Below, piece by piece: positions 61,401 to 64,000 of a stretch of DNA of 64,000 nt (its first letter is position 1; each line of letters begins with the position of its first letter). Both the position numbers and the translations under genes were made by a program. The stretch is taken from NCBI GenBank assembly GCA_963823665.1, contig CAWGMQ010000003.1, positions 1,841,159-1,905,158 of the forward strand, read 5' to 3'. The DNA is from an uncultured Planctomycetota bacterium. Its GTDB lineage: Bacteria > Planctomycetota > Planctomycetia > Isosphaerales > Isosphaeraceae. The notes under the pieces were generated by a model. It ran no database searches. It was given only the letters and a program-made list of their open reading frames with translations, and was not told where the DNA came from.

Positions 61401-64000
61401 CCGAGATGATATTTCCGTCGCCTTGAGCCGTGCCGCCGATTGTAACCCCGGGGGTGGCGTTCACGATCACGCCGAAGGACGCGTTCCCGAGGGCCGCGGT
61501 TCCGGTCTCGTCGGTGCCGATGCGGTTGCCCAGGAGCACGACGCCCGTCGTGGCGGTCCCCGCGATCGACACGCCCGCCTGCCCGTTGGCAGAGATCACG
61601 TTGCCCACGCCCTGCGCCGTCCCGCCGATGGTGACGCCCAAGGCATTGTCAACGGACACGCCAGAGCCCGAGTTGAGCAGGGGCTTGGTTCCGGTCTCGT
61701 CCGTGCCGATGTAGTCGCCCTGGACCAAGGTGTTCGTCACGCCGGCGCCGATGTCGATGCCGTCGCCCGTATTCCCGGAGATCAAGTTGCCAGCCGGACC
61801 GTCCGGCGCACCGATGGTGGTACCTGTCCCGCCCGCGATCACGATGCCACCGCTCAGGTTGCCCACCGCAGCGGTGCCCTCGGTGTCGGTGCCGATCAAG
61901 TTACCCGCCACGTCGGTTCCCGCCGTCGACGAGCCCGTGATCAGGATCCCTTCGGCATTCCCGGAAATAAAGTTACGCCCCCCGGCGGCCGGCGCGCCGA
62001 TGGTGTTGGACATGGAACCGTTGTCGATCAGAACGCCTGCTCCGCGGTTACCCAGGGCTCGCGTTCCGGCCTGGTCGAGCCCGATCAGGTTCCCTTGAAT
62101 CAGCACGCCGGTTGAGCCATTGAGGTCGACGCCGTTGCTGGCATTGCCGGAGATGAGGTTGCCAGCGCCCTCCGCCGTTCCGCCGATCATGACGGACGAG
62201 CTACCGCTCACGAAAATGCCGTCGCCGCTGTTGCCCAGCGCGGCGGTGCCGGTGGCATTGGTGCCGATCCAGTTGCCGACGATCACGTTGCCGTTAGCTC
62301 CGACGTCGTCCACTCCGTCGCCGGCGCTCGCGGAAATCACGTTGCCCGAACCGGCAGTGATGCCGCCGATGGTGTTGCCTGTCGCGCCACCGATCAAGGT
62401 GACACCGGCCCCGCCGTTGCCCATGGCGTTGTTGCCGGTGGAGTCAATGCCGATGTAACTGCTCTCGACCAAATCGTTGTTGCCGGTCACTTCGATCCCG
62501 TCGCCGCCAAAGCCGCCGATGATCAGGCCCTTGACGGTGATGCCGTTGCCCGAGAGCGTCAATCCGTTGGCGCCAGGTCCCGCGCCGCACCATCGAGCTC
62601 GATCAAGGGCGTGTTGGAATATCCGGGCTCGGTCGTGCCGTCGATGGTCAATGGCGCAGTGATTGCCGGTAGCGGCGACAGGAGATCGATCGTCTGCGGG
62701 CCCGTGCCGAAATCAAAGGCGATCGTGGTGCCGCCGCCATGTTCGTCGATGTAGTCAATCGCGTCGCGGAGGGAGCCCGCACCGAATCGGCGGTACTGTT
62801 CACGGTGTAGGACGCCAACGTCGAGTTCACCGTGAGCGTGGCCGTGTTGTTCGTCTCGCCGGTTCCTGAGGGGTTAAATTCAACGATCTGATTGTCGGCG
62901 TCGGTCGTGACCGTGATCAAAAGATCGCCGGTGCCTGCAAAACTCGGGGGGAGCGTCAACGAGTAGGACCGAGGCAATGAGCCGCCCGGGGCGATGGGCG
63001 AGTTGCCGGTCACGGCCGGGTTGTAGGTGATATCGGTGTCGAACAGCGTCGCGCTGGTGGTAGTATTGACGACGGTCAGGTTATCGACGAACTCGCTATC
63101 GACCGCGCCGTAGCCGGTGTTGGCGTCGTTCCAGGTCACGTCGACGGTATCACCGGATCGGATCGTCGTTGGCGAGACCGCCAGGCCCTGCACCTGGAGA
63201 TCAGGATACGCCGTGATCGTAAGGGTGTGGCTGCTGTCCTTCGAGCCGCCGAAGTCAGTCGTCGCGTTGAAGGCCACCAGGATTGTATATGTGCCAGTCG
63301 TGGTGCCTTCTGGCAACACATAGTTGGCGCTGGCAGCTCCGGCGCTGACATCGACCGTGACGGGGTTGCCGACGAGCGTCGTTCCATTGAGAATCGAAAA
63401 GGTCTCTGTTCCCTCGTCGACCACTCCAGCCGGGCTCATGACCGTCGCGCCCAGCGGCACCGACGTTTCCCCGAGCGCGGCGGTGGCGCTTGAGGCCGCG
63501 GTCGTGGTCGCCGCGGCACTGATCAGGAGAGTTTGACTACGATCGGTGTCGCTGAGGAAGTCGGTGGTTCCATTGAAAACCGCCTGAATGATGTAGCTGC
63601 CCGCCGGCGTACCCGTGGGCAGGGAGAAATTCGTGCTGGCGGCTCCCGAACTGACGTCAACCGTGACCGGACTGCCGACCGGAGTCGTGCCGTTCAGAAT
63701 CGTGAACGTCTCCGTGCCCACATCGACCACTCCGGCCGGACTTGTGACGGTCGCATAGAGCTCGACGGAAGCGTCGCCGAACAGGGCGGTCGCGCTGGAG
63801 GCGGCGGTGACTGTCGTTGCCGCGCTCACGACAAGTGTTTGGCTAGCGTCGGTAGATCCGACGAAGTCGGCCGTGCCGTTATAGACCGCCTGGATCTCGT
63901 ACGTGTCAGGCTGCGTGCCGTCAGGCAGCGTGTAGCTCGCGCTCGCGCTGCCGGTCCTGACGTTGACCGTCACGGGATTTCCCACCGGCGTCGTGCCGTT
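49403..64000 (-). CDS. Giant extracellular protein A (5' end outside window; about 4 apparent frameshifts): Big_3/Ig, CARDB, beta-helix, PKD, FG-GAP, RTX-like repeats, metzincin protease + PPC, Ig/FN3 units, dockerin-like tail
   Basis: Domain text continues across ORFs 62648..63985, 59731..62562, 59244..59807 and 49403..59299 (shifts near 62783, 62590, 59830, 59285); same C-terminus as protein B. Confidence 0.85.
50995..52270 (-). repeat. Near-identical 639-bp (213-aa) tandem duplication in gene A
   Basis: Matching text at an offset of 639, e.g. 51024/51663 and 51366/52005. Confidence 0.9.
54749..54895 (-). other. Metzincin zinc-binding motif and probable Met-turn in protein A
   Basis: HELGHLSGLEH (54895-54863) and DIMASG (Met at 54749-54751). 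Confidence 0.85.
56566..57530 (-). repeat. Coding 81-bp tandem repeat, about 12 copies (GNTTITAGSGHDTITGGSGNDIIYSTT), RTX-like Ca-binding
   Basis: SGH/SGN codons recur every 81 bp from 56600 to 57491. Confidence 0.95.

Noticed and set aside
1..64000. tRNA, rRNA, IS elements or prophage
   Set aside because: No cloverleaf, rRNA, transposase, integrase or phage genes recognised by eye; tRNAscan-SE/Infernal not run

Overview
GC-rich bacterial window, most likely a planctomycete (Isosphaeraceae-like). This is inferred from the LExRxLL-type leader of a giant protein, the TPR families, and the Uma2 and PIN genes. The housekeeping backbone is a fatty-acid/phospholipid cluster on the minus strand (plsX-fabD-fabG ... 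acpP-fabF). It is split by a ~13.8 kb insert carrying three paralogous, apparently exported TPR genes, a membrane-anchored ParA with a helix-extension-helix partner, and an ADP-ribosylglycohydrolase. The last 39 kb (24.6-64 kb) is an array of giant extracellular-protein genes that all end in the same dockerin-like tail (...KGHKLKSGLSLG). The array holds a >4,800-aa beta-helix/FG-GAP/PKD/RTX/metzincin protein (5' end outside the window), an intact ~7,066-aa protein, and an orphan, internally deleted, mosaic 3'-end cassette. The 7,066-aa protein carries an Rhs/YD cage and a toxin-like domain nested in its middle. The copies are separated by small toxin-antitoxin-like pairs, and a 108-bp diverged direct repeat containing the plsX promoter brackets 23.5 kb of the array. 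Many single-base frameshifts cluster in some genes and may be long-read errors. No rRNA, tRNA, CRISPR array or transposase was recognised. Family names come from motif recognition by eye, not from database searches.
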